Of a stretch of DNA of 63,953 bases, positions 11,001 to 19,002 are shown in pieces. Both the position numbers and the translations under genes were made by a program. Below the pieces are notes generated by a model. It was not told where the DNA came from and made no database searches. It saw nothing but the letters and a program-made list of their open reading frames with translations. The stretch spans positions 1 through 63,953 of IMG/VR virus record IMGVR_UViG_3300030329_001933; one strand, written 5' to 3'. The stretch's first letter is position 1, and every line of letters starts with the position of its first letter. This DNA comes from a virus. Lineage: Duplodnaviria > Caudoviricetes.

Positions 11001-14000
11001 TATCTAGTCCTAAAGTTGCTTTAGGTATAGCTAGAGGAAGATTAAGTAAGTCTACCATTGCTAGAATGCTAGGTAGCTGGAGTCCTATTGAGGGGGCTGA
11101 CGCTAAATCTAGAGGTGAGAACGCTAAACAGATTGTAGCTAATGTAATGAACGATCCTTCTTGGGTGCAAGTTGGTATGAATCCATTTAGACACTCTTAC
11201 TTTTACGATAGATTAGATGGTATGCCAGTTGTAAGTGCAGAGCAGGTTATTCAGATTGGTGGGTTAGTTTACGCTAAGAACGCTGAGAAGACTACTCCTT
11301 TTGATGAGAGATTTGAAGACGCAAGAACAGGATTAAGATTCCAAGCTCCTACATACGATATGGAGTACACACCTAACGCTTTAGTATCTTTAGCTATGTT
11401 ATCTGATAACAACAGACAACCAGAACAGTGGGTTAAGGAGATAGGTAAAGGACTTAAGGGTGCTTCAAGGGATGTTGACACCATGGGATTACTAGACCTC
11501 CTTAAAGCTTATAAAAAGGACGCTAAGGTTAAGAGTATCCCTAAAGAAATGGTAGAGAGAATTATCGCTACCAATATGGCTCAGATAGAGACTAACATCT
11601 TAGATAAATGGTTAGTCCAGTATCCTGGAGCTGCTCTTCCTGGAGGTAAAAACTACAGAGAGTTCCTTATAAATGACAAATCTCCTGAGGATATATTTAC
11701 TGCTGGTCATTATTTTGGATTACCCTACGCATCGAAAAACCTTATAGCTTCTGCTAGGGTAGATGATAGAGTTGGTCCTAATGGGGAGAAGATTCTATTT
11801 GTTCAAGAGATACAATCTGATTGGGTTCAAGGAACTAATAAAGGTGACTTCAAGACTAAGGATGAGATTGCACAATTAGAGCGTGAAAAAGATGATTTAA
11901 TCGGAAAAAACGATATTCTAAAAAACGAAATAAGGTTTATTACAAATAAGTATTATAGAGAGTTTTTTAAAAACTTACCTGATGGAAAAATAAAAAGTGC
12001 TTTTCAAGAGCTCTATGAAGAAAATAATAAAGAAGATTTAATTAGCAGAAAATTGGGCTCAAAAGCGTCAGAGATAGCACCTATTCTTGTATCTCTTAAA
12101 TCAGAGTACGATAAATTAGATAAAGAGCGAGATAGTAATATTGATAGATTTCAAGACATAAAAAGTAGTTTAAAGAGTCTTAAACCCTACCTCCCTTGGA
12201 ATCAAACAGACCTATGGGTTGGTTTAACTATTAGAAAGTTAATCAATCAAGCCTCTAAAGAGGGGTACGATCAGATAGCCTTTGTTAATGGAGAGCAATC
12301 TGATATTATTCAAGGACATAGTGATGGTAGAACAGCAGAGTTCTATAACAAGATCGTTCCTAAAAATATCAACAACGAACTTAAGAGGTTAGTTAAAGGG
12401 ATGAAGTATGGGGTTGAAAGTATAATAGATATTTCTGACTTCCAGTCACTTAAACCTGATGCCTTCTTAGAATCTAGAAGATATTCACATACCTTATTCT
12501 TATCTCCGTTAGGACCAACTACTGGAGATACTGACGTTCACACGTTTGATTTTGACGCTTTAAAACCTTACAAACCCAAGTTAAATGTTTTTAACAGCGA
12601 AGACGGAAATACATATATAAGAACTGAGTTTACAGATCCTAATACTGAAGAGTTATTTGAAAAAACTTACAATAAATTTGATGAGGGTGGAAAAGATATG
12701 TCTGACATGCATTTTTACAATTTGACAAGTGCTATTCTATTTAAGTCTATTAACGAAAGGTTTACTTTACCTAAAAAAGAATACCCTAACGCAGTAATAA
12801 ACCTAACCCCAGAGCTTAAAGCTGCCACTGATAAGGTTGGTCCACTTAGGTTTCAAGTAGCTGGAGAGAGAGCCTCTTTAAGTGAAAAGATACAGGATAA
12901 CTTGATTATTGCTAACGAGATGGAGGAGCTTAATCAAGATGATAAACTATTTATTAAAAGAGCTACAGGTTGGGAAAGAGGTGCAGATGGCAAGTGGAGA
13001 TACGAGCTAGAACCTATTAAATTTAGAGAGGACATAATATCTTTAAGTGATGGTAAGCCAGATTTTACAAAGTTTAAGCGAACAACTAAAGAACAAGAGG
13101 ATGATTGGCTTGGACCTTTCGAGGGTGATTACGTTGCAAAATTAAAAGATATAATTGACGCTAAAGACTTATTTGAAGCTTACGGAGAAAAGAAAAAGAA
13201 TCCTAACGAGAAGTCTTTTATTGGATTTTACAAAGCTGTACCTGACTTAAATGTTTTCCTTAGACCTGGCAGGTCAGAGGGTGGTTCTTATATGCCTTTA
13301 AATCAAGCAATCACAGTAGAATATACCAAGAATACTAGTAAGAAAGAAATTCTTGGAACTATAGCTCACGAAGTGCAACACCATATACAAAAGATAGAAG
13401 GTTTTAGTAAGGGTCAAACATTTACGAAACAATACTACAAAGGTAAGCCAACTAAATCTTACTTAGAGTATTTTAGAAGTGCAGGAGAGGTTGAGGCTAG
13501 AAACGTAGAGACTAGGCTATCTATGGATCCTGTTCGTAGAAGAAACACCTTACTATCTTTAACTGAAGATGTTGCAAGGGAGGATCAGATAAGACTTCAA
13601 GCCCCTCAAGAGGAAGGAGAGGCTAACGTGTACACTTCAGGTTTAGCTACTATAGCTTGGGATGTATCTAAGTTTGTTGTAGATAAAGATTATCAACTTG
13701 GTACCTACCTGTCTAACATAAAGAATAAAGAGCTTAGGTATGACGCTAGGATGTCTGACCTTATATTTAGATCTCATGGTGAACACACTAATCAGGAGAT
13801 AAAAGAAATTATGGTTAGAAGTAAGGGTGAAGTTAACGCTGAACTCTTAAAGACAAGTATGATCGTAGAAGAGGTTAAGGCAGCTAACAAAGAGGCTAAC
13901 TTATCTAGGGAAGAGGTTGATAGACTTCTACATAACCTTGAAGAGGTTAAGGCTATGGAAGATTCAGACCTTAAGGTTGCTCTAATAAAGATGAGAGAGC

Positions 14001-16309
14001 ATATTGATTCCCTAAGTAGAACCCTTATAAGAGAAGGGCTCGTTAATGGTAAAACTCAGTTTACTATAGACGAAAACCTTGGTGTTTACGTAAACAGATC
14101 GTACAAGCAATTTGAGGTTGAAGGATGGAAGCAGACTGATAACGATATTATTAGAAAAGCTAAGTCTTTCCTTTACGCAGAGATTAAAGCTCAAAACGAA
14201 AAAGATGTTGAAGCAGGTCGTAAAGAGCCTATGACTGACAAAGATATAACAGCTAAGGTTAATGCTGAGTATAAAAAACTTATATCTAAAGAAGGTTTCC
14301 GTTACGCTTCTGGTAAGTCAACTCAAAGCGATAACCTAACTATGGTTCAATCTATCTTCAAAAGAAGAAAGAATGTTCCTGTTGAAATAAGAGATCTTTG
14401 GGGAGAGATAGATAACCCTTACTACAACTACGTTACAAGCGTAAACCAAATATCTAGAACTATAGCTGCTCAAAGAATGTTTAGAGAGCTTAACTTTATT
14501 GGTGAAGGTAAGTTTATATCTAAGGACGCTACAGATTTTGCTGACAACGAGTTGTTAGGTGCTAAGTATGGCGATCTTGAAGGTATGTACGTAGATAACG
14601 AAATGTACGCAGTACTTAATAAGTCAGTTGAAAATCTAAACAACCCTGAGTGGTTGAACCTGTACTTAACAGCTGTACTCTTTAATAAGAAAATGAAGAC
14701 TGTATGGAATATAGGTACTCACGCTAAAAACATTATAGGTAACACCTCTTTTGCTACCATGAATGGTCACATAGGTTTTAATGGTGATATGTATAAAAAC
14801 ATTTCAACATCACTAAAAGCTTTTAAATCTATGAAGGAGGGTGAGTTTGCAGATCTTTACAGTGAACTTACTAGACTTGGTGTTGTATCTTCGTCTGCTT
14901 CTTTACAAGAGATTAGAGAGATAGCTAACGATATACAAATGTCTAAGTTCGATCTTACTGAGTATCTAGATGAGAATAGAGGTCCTATAAGTAAGAGAAT
15001 GGCTAAGACATCCAGGTTCTTCAAAGAGGGTGTAAAAGGCTTAGATAATATGTTAACAAAAGCCTACCAAGCTGAGGATGATATGTTTAAGATATTTGGA
15101 TTCTTATCTGAAAAGCAGAGGTATATTAAAGCTGGTATAGATCCTGTAACAGCTAAAGACATGGCTGCTAGAAACATAATAAACCTTTACCCTAACTACA
15201 ACGAGATACCAGGATTTATAAGAAAGCTAGGTAGATCTCCTGTAGTAGGATCATTCGTTGCTTTCCAGGCTGAAGCTGTTCGTAACACTAAGAACGCTGT
15301 TAAACTTGGATTTGAAGAGCTTGGTAGTAGTAACCCTAAAATAAGAAAGATAGGTGCTACTAGAGTCGCAGGTACTATATCTGTATTTGCCCTTATAGAG
15401 AGTCTTCAAATGGCTACCATACAAGCCCTTGGCGGGGCACTTGGTTTTACAGGTGGAGACGAAGAGGAGTTAGAGGATAGAGCTATTAGGCTTTTGCTCC
15501 CTGAATGGGACTCTACAGGTAAACTAGCGACAGTCGAAAGAGGCCGATTAGATAGTAGACAGGTAGAAGGTCAATCTGAACCTGATAAGTATTTTGACTA
15601 CGTAAATCTATCTAATACCTCTGGTGTTGGTTATATTAAAGATATTATGAGACTCGCTTTTACAGATATAGATTCTGAATTAGGGAAAGAAGAGTTTGAT
15701 GATACAGTAATGAATATACTAGAAGATGTGTACAAACCTTTCTTGGGAGAGGAGATGACTTTAATAGCGTTTAGAGAGGCTATTGATAATAGAGGTAAAA
15801 AGGTTTACAACCCTACGGACTCTTGGTACGAAAAGCTTGGTAAGATTATGTTATACGCAGGTAAGAAAATACAGCCTGGTATCACCAAAACAGCTTACAG
15901 AAACATAGAGTCTAGATGGGATTCAGACTCAGAGCTAGTACCTGAATACGAAACTTTAGCTGTCCTTGGTCTTAGAGTATCTAGGATAAACGTCAACAAA
16001 GGTTTAGCTATTAAGAGTAGGTTCCTTGTTAATGATATGAACGATATAGTGGGTAAGGCTACTATGAGAAACAAGATGGACATAATAAATGCTTACACTC
16101 AAAATAGTAAGTTCAATGGGTTTATAGACGAGATGGCTGATCTTTATTCTACAGCTAGACTTAACCAGGTGGCAGGTATAGATATAGAAAACATCTTAAG
16201 AAAGTCGGGTATTAGCGAGAAAATGTTAGATATTGTTAGAACTAGGTACTACAACAATTACTCAGAAGATGTAATTAATGTTGATGAAACCTACGGATTT
16301 GACAAATAA
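5036..16309 (+). CDS. Giant polyvalent ejected protein (two zincin HExxH domains, ADP-ribosyltransferase-like, EIQSD domain, LPD23-like, helical C-terminus)
   Basis: 3757 aa; TLFHEIVH...EEAFAE, GHFGTGFYF...GFEGID, FVQEIQSDW, TGWERGADGKWRYE, HEVQHHIQKIEGF...GEVEARNV. Confidence 0.8.
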   Translation: MNEEALKDAYSLFTQSGYSGSQDEFYTLLSDNAEAFADSYALFKGSGYKGSEDNYKELLGLKKKDSSALQDAAAQMASGDTPSTSDLSQSSLEQDVQASLEERLSGFRDLPEQEQLNAVNNEAKKPFYEAQGIDYQEMLNFQSVLDNQKQEKQEEEEVSEESSFLSNLYDKITSTEDLEQDMFTTDVDLANQYFADNRDKMRSAKAQYSRARFDDILKTSKDNQEFAKRIEDADIDTNDLAMPELNIDGQSKSFNEWLDYWMEGDNVEDQQKAIKEQEEYDNAIKEGMSAEEASEKFLKTQVPDISINVPKESDPNYKALKYADDLMNRQLGSGSSRTFDAFEGLLATTVDLGAGLLEQVEKVGALSASAQSGSTMPWDLYMMKGGHFANKVRDYANDIRENTRIPEEGSISEAILNGNVEDAVYQTASGVANAIPFTVAVALAAPVAGPTGALVLGGASAAGMKSLELKERRRVGIEEGTKDADIKNWQILVSETVTGVAEGFFERYTQRILRAAKLAGANKNVVFESYIEGIKKSIKQEVPSEVATELSTYFTDVGLELEEFDSGEFAIRVVDTSIISSLFGGSTYVSTRGATSMVNKLNIINDNTSVIFTNEKGETKEVSRGEAINFAKDPEIAQQIRDGKLKVDYSMNDAAKQAIEDLVYGYTAPDAQQARAEMFEKEKVVSNLSRKINKAKEEGTEISNEDVSNLAQALSEMESEGKKSKYNVTKSTKAARSEANKVLKDNNIEIVDAVNSQNTSISNVTETVEATKIDNQKQYDSVKKQLKDGKGKPTIVQSQNQSGVRIDGEVSQTSDITQGEFKNASVAKNAMKEFEAKRDAAKRGEMIESELFPANNKLFTNTKKETLDEIPQEVIDNNDYHILTSEKEGLTEQERASRMEELKSMLDEADATYYTVQGVYNGVAEESLVVTGIDNATALNIGNQFQQESIFSSKDGLMFGDGSVVPLDGDVSKGPDARKRDALTIMNVGGRKSSIHTGLNWGNMSYGKNFNSDNIHRLDESDPNYDSELFQGLTDSRKRALGFAFKLLNSIGGLNVTIVRNSKAMEGQLEALGYDTANRNASFFRGADKTIYVNLETVRGNTLFHEIVHPMVDFIKKTDPELYKRIEGEVSQGKVKRRVLKNGRKVKGSYLQWAEENYADLSKEGQIEEAFAEMMGDAAYGHFNKSQSTLNRILDIVRAMLGKLNITTNKENPAAINLDEMSLSDMRKNLAGALVDGRKINVGGIEFEVGEVKVDKDKVNNSIRTQVDKSEPNSDLGVVNVNIPDNVQTQEIRFQTPEYYPNFDISKVKRGSIKEFNGQKALLMLTDRSASGMVVSPTGVKHEFDGGVFYPYQEDTGVWAFSDKSAATRMINAAKESDGLVFLTAMAPGSIDGSVNMFDYVMKELDQAIKDKRATKKEVLDFLNKKMTIKSFDSKVKGEGIKTAKVKSVKEFSNLVLSMPQAFGVRKDIIRKSIQSKIFEKWGVPSMQEMYDVVNQDIVKNLKGNPIVSAIRIDTEAGYVDSRTDESIKDHPTYPYVVKGEPLMIFDESIDASEVWDELNLADKFLIDSKTGEKLSEGTTQARRQRKIEMARPVVEIRMQAAEVAEEYVNDLDQKIKSTRNSKELQRLLDIKSGLAFRSGDLTTKAEYKFKMRPGRSTGHFGTGFYFFSDLNRAKAYDDRRVSVINLNNYNLAPGTIELHDALKFINNTSYSYDYNKYTVDRQHLGRIASIVGVELPIGKDLNPYKELFAPKGAKAYAEKYNALVAEFGEDLVNENYYKYIDFEQKRYSNVNQLVNDINSKLNDSNNIDSPSTLVMKALGFEGIDSRYNKDTDNSIYGTVVYDIKSDQIGGIRMQAPQVEEVQWQKSKIGRGDLAITNRREEVREAAQDYFDGKINQEEYLEIVQENSPIKPITQFIDPASLQDIKTAVGSKIEGRLDVPIEEGTKVGLRLDIPAYTNKNIWAITVHEDGRGKAMSYTNVARINNVEFISSPKVALGIARGRLSKSTIARMLGSWSPIEGADAKSRGENAKQIVANVMNDPSWVQVGMNPFRHSYFYDRLDGMPVVSAEQVIQIGGLVYAKNAEKTTPFDERFEDARTGLRFQAPTYDMEYTPNALVSLAMLSDNNRQPEQWVKEIGKGLKGASRDVDTMGLLDLLKAYKKDAKVKSIPKEMVERIIATNMAQIETNILDKWLVQYPGAALPGGKNYREFLINDKSPEDIFTAGHYFGLPYASKNLIASARVDDRVGPNGEKILFVQEIQSDWVQGTNKGDFKTKDEIAQLEREKDDLIGKNDILKNEIRFITNKYYREFFKNLPDGKIKSAFQELYEENNKEDLISRKLGSKASEIAPILVSLKSEYDKLDKERDSNIDRFQDIKSSLKSLKPYLPWNQTDLWVGLTIRKLINQASKEGYDQIAFVNGEQSDIIQGHSDGRTAEFYNKIVPKNINNELKRLVKGMKYGVESIIDISDFQSLKPDAFLESRRYSHTLFLSPLGPTTGDTDVHTFDFDALKPYKPKLNVFNSEDGNTYIRTEFTDPNTEELFEKTYNKFDEGGKDMSDMHFYNLTSAILFKSINERFTLPKKEYPNAVINLTPELKAATDKVGPLRFQVAGERASLSEKIQDNLIIANEMEELNQDDKLFIKRATGWERGADGKWRYELEPIKFREDIISLSDGKPDFTKFKRTTKEQEDDWLGPFEGDYVAKLKDIIDAKDLFEAYGEKKKNPNEKSFIGFYKAVPDLNVFLRPGRSEGGSYMPLNQAITVEYTKNTSKKEILGTIAHEVQHHIQKIEGFSKGQTFTKQYYKGKPTKSYLEYFRSAGEVEARNVETRLSMDPVRRRNTLLSLTEDVAREDQIRLQAPQEEGEANVYTSGLATIAWDVSKFVVDKDYQLGTYLSNIKNKELRYDARMSDLIFRSHGEHTNQEIKEIMVRSKGEVNAELLKTSMIVEEVKAANKEANLSREEVDRLLHNLEEVKAMEDSDLKVALIKMREHIDSLSRTLIREGLVNGKTQFTIDENLGVYVNRSYKQFEVEGWKQTDNDIIRKAKSFLYAEIKAQNEKDVEAGRKEPMTDKDITAKVNAEYKKLISKEGFRYASGKSTQSDNLTMVQSIFKRRKNVPVEIRDLWGEIDNPYYNYVTSVNQISRTIAAQRMFRELNFIGEGKFISKDATDFADNELLGAKYGDLEGMYVDNEMYAVLNKSVENLNNPEWLNLYLTAVLFNKKMKTVWNIGTHAKNIIGNTSFATMNGHIGFNGDMYKNISTSLKAFKSMKEGEFADLYSELTRLGVVSSSASLQEIREIANDIQMSKFDLTEYLDENRGPISKRMAKTSRFFKEGVKGLDNMLTKAYQAEDDMFKIFGFLSEKQRYIKAGIDPVTAKDMAARNIINLYPNYNEIPGFIRKLGRSPVVGSFVAFQAEAVRNTKNAVKLGFEELGSSNPKIRKIGATRVAGTISVFALIESLQMATIQALGGALGFTGGDEEELEDRAIRLLLPEWDSTGKLATVERGRLDSRQVEGQSEPDKYFDYVNLSNTSGVGYIKDIMRLAFTDIDSELGKEEFDDTVMNILEDVYKPFLGEEMTLIAFREAIDNRGKKVYNPTDSWYEKLGKIMLYAGKKIQPGITKTAYRNIESRWDSDSELVPEYETLAVLGLRVSRINVNKGLAIKSRFLVNDMNDIVGKATMRNKMDIINAYTQNSKFNGFIDEMADLYSTARLNQVAGIDIENILRKSGISEKMLDIVRTRYYNNYSEDVINVDETYGFDK

Positions 16310-16323
16310 TATTTATATATTTG
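16299..16323 (+). promoter_or_regulatory. Putative promoter (TTG...TATATTTG) just after the giant gene
   Basis: Perfect TAnnTTTG at 16316-16323; TTG only 14 nt upstream, shorter than canonical spacing. Confidence 0.55.
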
Positions 16324-16329
16324 TAATAT

Positions 16330-16405
16330 TTCAAAAGTCTTTCATAGTTTTTTGATTTTATTGGTTTATAGAAGGGAGGGGTAGTTTCCTCCCTTTATTT
16401 TTTTT
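16330..16405 (+). ncRNA. Candidate ~75-nt antisense sRNA
   Basis: Lies between a -7 element and an intrinsic terminator; body complementary to translation-start regions of minus-strand genes. Confidence 0.45.
16372..16405 (+). terminator. Intrinsic terminator
   Basis: AAGGGAGGGG-TAGT-TTCCTCCCTT followed by T-run. Confidence 0.85.
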
Positions 16406-16409
16406 AATT

Positions 16410-16541
16410 ATGGAGATAGGCATACAGTTAGTTCAGGGATTTATATTAGGGATCAGAACTTTCCCTCCAACAGATGTTATGCCATACAACGAGGTCCAAC
16501 TATTTGTCGGACCTGTTTGCTTTTACATTATTTGGGATTAG
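16410..16541 (+). CDS. Small hydrophobic hypothetical protein (43 aa, not in ORF track)
   Basis: MEIGIQLVQGFILGIRTFPPTDVMPYNEVQLFVGPVCFYIIWD*; fills gap up to convergent gene. Confidence 0.6.
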   Translation: MEIGIQLVQGFILGIRTFPPTDVMPYNEVQLFVGPVCFYIIWD

Positions 16542-16774
16542 GAGTCTATACCGTATGGGCATATACTATTAAAGAACATTTCATCTAACTCCTTTATCTT
16601 ATTAGCTATCTTAGCCCAGGACTTTTCTCCTTCCTCTCTAGATTTATTATCTAAAGTAGTTCCAGTTCCAAGGTTACTCCATATTTTAGAGTTATCGTGT
16701 AGAAGTTTATCTATCTTTTCTTTGACAGCTTTATTTGTGTAGTACGGACTAGTACCATCTTTTCTTTTTTTCAT
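16538..16774 (-). CDS. Hypothetical protein
   Basis: Track ORF 16538..16867 starts at TTG and overlaps another ORF; ATG 16774 (MKKRKDGTSPYY) preferred. Confidence 0.6.
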   Translation of the reverse strand: MKKRKDGTSPYYTNKAVKEKIDKLLHDNSKIWSNLGTGTTLDNKSREEGEKSWAKIANKIKELDEMFFNSICPYGIDS

Positions 16775-16832
16775 ACCACATTTACATTTGTTTTTACTTT
16801 TTCCATGTAAGGGCTTCTTGTTTGAGCAGTAT

Positions 16833-16988
16833 TTACGATCCACAAGCCTCGCAGTCTTCGTTATCAATAGAACAAGCTTCAGGTTGATCTTTATCTTCTA
16901 GGTCAACTATCCACGATTCAAACGTGTTTTGTGCTGCTTCTTCTGATTTTTTTAATGCGTCTCTTAACGCTTCGTCTCTTTCGTTCAT
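16833..16988 (-). CDS. 51-aa acidic protein ending in RNR-alpha-like C-terminal Cys tail (not in ORF track)
   Basis: MNERDEALRD...QPEACSIDNEDCEACGS*; ATGA overlap with upstream gene stop. Confidence 0.75.
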   Translation of the reverse strand: MNERDEALRDALKKSEEAAQNTFESWIVDLEDKDQPEACSIDNEDCEACGS

Positions 16989-17464
16989 TTCTTTTTTGTT
17001 TTTTTCTTGTTAAAAAACCCCCTGCCTAAGATGGTATCGACTGTAATATCGACCTCCTTTTGATTTGATGGGACATATACGTCTAATTTTTGATCGGTAT
17101 CATAAAGATACTTTAAAAACAGCTTGAATCGCATCTTAAATTCAGGGGTTCTTATTCCTTTAGTCTCTATGATAAAACCCTTCTCTAAATTAATAAAGTC
17201 TGGCGTGTAAGATATATTTCTTATATTGCCAAGCTTCTGCTTAAATGTGGTTTTACCTTTTGTTTTACCCTTATCCATAAGGAGACCCTCGAACTTGAAT
17301 TTCTCTACAAGCTCAAAGGTCTTTCCTTCATATTCATTGGGGATTTTTGCTTTTTTAAGGGCTCTGTAGCAGTAAAGCTCTAGTCCTGAGGCAAATGTTA
17401 TTCCATCTGCTGTATGCTTTTTAGCTCTCGTTATCTGCCTACCCTTTCTTCTCTTGAATCGCAT
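16985..17464 (-). CDS. PD-(D/E)xK endonuclease, T7 endonuclease I/DUF1064-like (resolvase candidate)
   Basis: FASGLE...YTPDF...IIETKG motif. Confidence 0.8.
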   Translation of the reverse strand: MRFKRRKGRQITRAKKHTADGITFASGLELYCYRALKKAKIPNEYEGKTFELVEKFKFEGLLMDKGKTKGKTTFKQKLGNIRNISYTPDFINLEKGFIIETKGIRTPEFKMRFKLFLKYLYDTDQKLDVYVPSNQKEVDITVDTILGRGFFNKKKTKKK

Positions 17465-17485
17465 CAAACTAAGGTAAGGAAAATA

Positions 17486-17758
17486 TTATTTCTTCCCTCT
17501 ATTTCTTGCACGATTTTTTGATTGGCTCTCTAAAACTGTACCTCCACCCTTGGTGTGAGATACATCTTTCTTATCACCCTTCTTACCCTTCTTTTTATTT
17601 AAAGCGTTAAGGAAGGCTCTATAAAGTTTCCTAGCTAAAGTAGCTCCATACTTTTTATTGTACTCATCCTTTTTCTTTTTAGATTCAGGATTTTCAGCGT
17701 AATGCTTAGAGCTCTTGCTTTTGCCGTTAATCTTTCCAGCTAATTTATTCCTTGCCAT
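17486..17758 (-). CDS. Small basic protein with degenerate HNH-like C-terminus
   Basis: Lys-rich; KDVSH...ESQSKNRARN. Confidence 0.55.
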   Translation of the reverse strand: MARNKLAGKINGKSKSSKHYAENPESKKKKDEYNKKYGATLARKLYRAFLNALNKKKGKKGDKKDVSHTKGGGTVLESQSKNRARNRGKK

Positions 17759-17789
17759 ATCAAACTATATTAAAGGTGCAAGATACGAA

Positions 17790-17981
17790 TTATTTCTTTT
17801 CCTTAGGTAGCTCTGGAATACCAAATATATACTTAGAAATCTTTCCAGCATTTTCTATAAGAGATTTGGCATTCTTACTTGTTGATAATGAGGAAGCTAA
17901 CTCAACCGCTCTAGCCCTCATCTCGCAGTCAAACTTTAAATATTTATACTGCTGTTCTTGATCTTTTTGAACTTTGTTCAT
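17790..17981 (-). CDS. Hypothetical protein
   Basis: 63-aa ORF, operon-packed. Confidence 0.6.
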   Translation of the reverse strand: MNKVQKDQEQQYKYLKFDCEMRARAVELASSLSTSKNAKSLIENAGKISKYIFGIPELPKEKK

Positions 17982-17983
17982 GT

Positions 17984-18427
17984 CTAAAATTTAATTATAG
18001 TTAGTAAATCTAAATCTATATAAAACAGGAGTTCCCTATCCCATATAGATCCTGGTCGTGGGTTTTTCATACCACCCCACTCAACTGTGGCTCTTGTTAT
18101 TTCGTGCATCCATATATAACCGATTCCATCTAAGAATCTCCAGGCTATACATAAAGGTAAATCTTTATGAAGGGCTTCCTTCTGACAATGCTGTATCTTT
18201 CTTACAGAAGTTCTAACCCTTTTTATATCCTTCATACTTAAAGACATTGTTTTTATCTCACACAAAGAGACAACCTTCATAGTCTTATTGTTTATAATCT
18301 CAGCGTCTACTGGTGCGTACTTACCTAACTGTTCAAAGGTTAGATCTTTACCTTCAAGGAGGATTCGGAGAGTCTCTGCCTCTCTTTCTCTATCCTCTTC
18401 GTTTTCAAATCGGGGTTCCAGTCTCAT
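17984..18427 (-). CDS. Putative PD-(D/E)xK nuclease
   Basis: E...PVD...CEIK pattern. Confidence 0.6.
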   Translation of the reverse strand: MRLEPRFENEEDREREAETLRILLEGKDLTFEQLGKYAPVDAEIINNKTMKVVSLCEIKTMSLSMKDIKRVRTSVRKIQHCQKEALHKDLPLCIAWRFLDGIGYIWMHEITRATVEWGGMKNPRPGSIWDRELLFYIDLDLLTIIKF

Positions 18428-18764
18428 CGTTGTTGTTTATATCGTACTTATAGTTGAACGGTGTCTCGTTTCCTTGGTAAGATTCAGCAGACTTTATTGT
18501 CTGATTCATCTTTCTATCCACCTCATCCATGTGTACCTGAAGGAGAATAAGGTAACCTGTAAGATCCATAAGATCGTTCTCACTCATGTAAGTTTCTTTA
18601 CTCTTAATACGATTAAGCTTGTCGTTTATACGAGCCTGGATAGCATACATAGGATCGACATTGAACAGAACTCCCTTATCAAATACTGAGTTCCCGTAGG
18701 ATTTGTTTTTTTCTATGAGAAGATCCCTGATCTCATCACACTTTTTTCTTATTTCGTCTTGCAT
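18405..18764 (-). CDS. DUF1599 / nucleotide-modification-associated domain protein (all-alpha NTP-PPase-like)
   Basis: KNKSYGNS...RINDKLNRI...DLMDLTGY. Confidence 0.75.
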   Translation of the reverse strand: MQDEIRKKCDEIRDLLIEKNKSYGNSVFDKGVLFNVDPMYAIQARINDKLNRIKSKETYMSENDLMDLTGYLILLQVHMDEVDRKMNQTIKSAESYQGNETPFNYKYDINNNDETGTPI

Positions 18765-19002
18765 TTTTCTTTACTTTAGATTCGATAGCCTTTTTCTTAG
18801 CGTTTTTGTACTTGCGTTTATTCGATACTTGATCTTCAGAAGCCTCTGTACTACTCTTAGGCTTACATTTCTTTTCTTCGCTACACTGAGTAACTCTGTT
18901 ATTATACCTTTCATTTTCTCTAACTTGTTTAGCGTAATTTATCATACTCCAAGCTATATAGAAGGATATTAAACAAACTACTATTAATACTGCTTTAATC
19001 AT
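18736..19002 (-). CDS. Membrane-anchored basic hypothetical protein
   Basis: N-terminal hydrophobic helix, Lys-rich tail. Confidence 0.55.
   Translation of the reverse strand: MIKAVLIVVCLISFYIAWSMINYAKQVRENERYNNRVTQCSEEKKCKPKSSTEASEDQVSNKRKYKNAKKKAIESKVKKNARRNKKKV

Noticed and set aside
2836-16083. Short minus-strand ORFs inside the cargo genes
   Set aside because: Antisense shadows of long plus-strand genes with no protein-like features
5036-16309. Virion RNA polymerase as in Crassvirales
   Set aside because: No DxDxD catalytic motif recognised; domains are polyvalent-protein types
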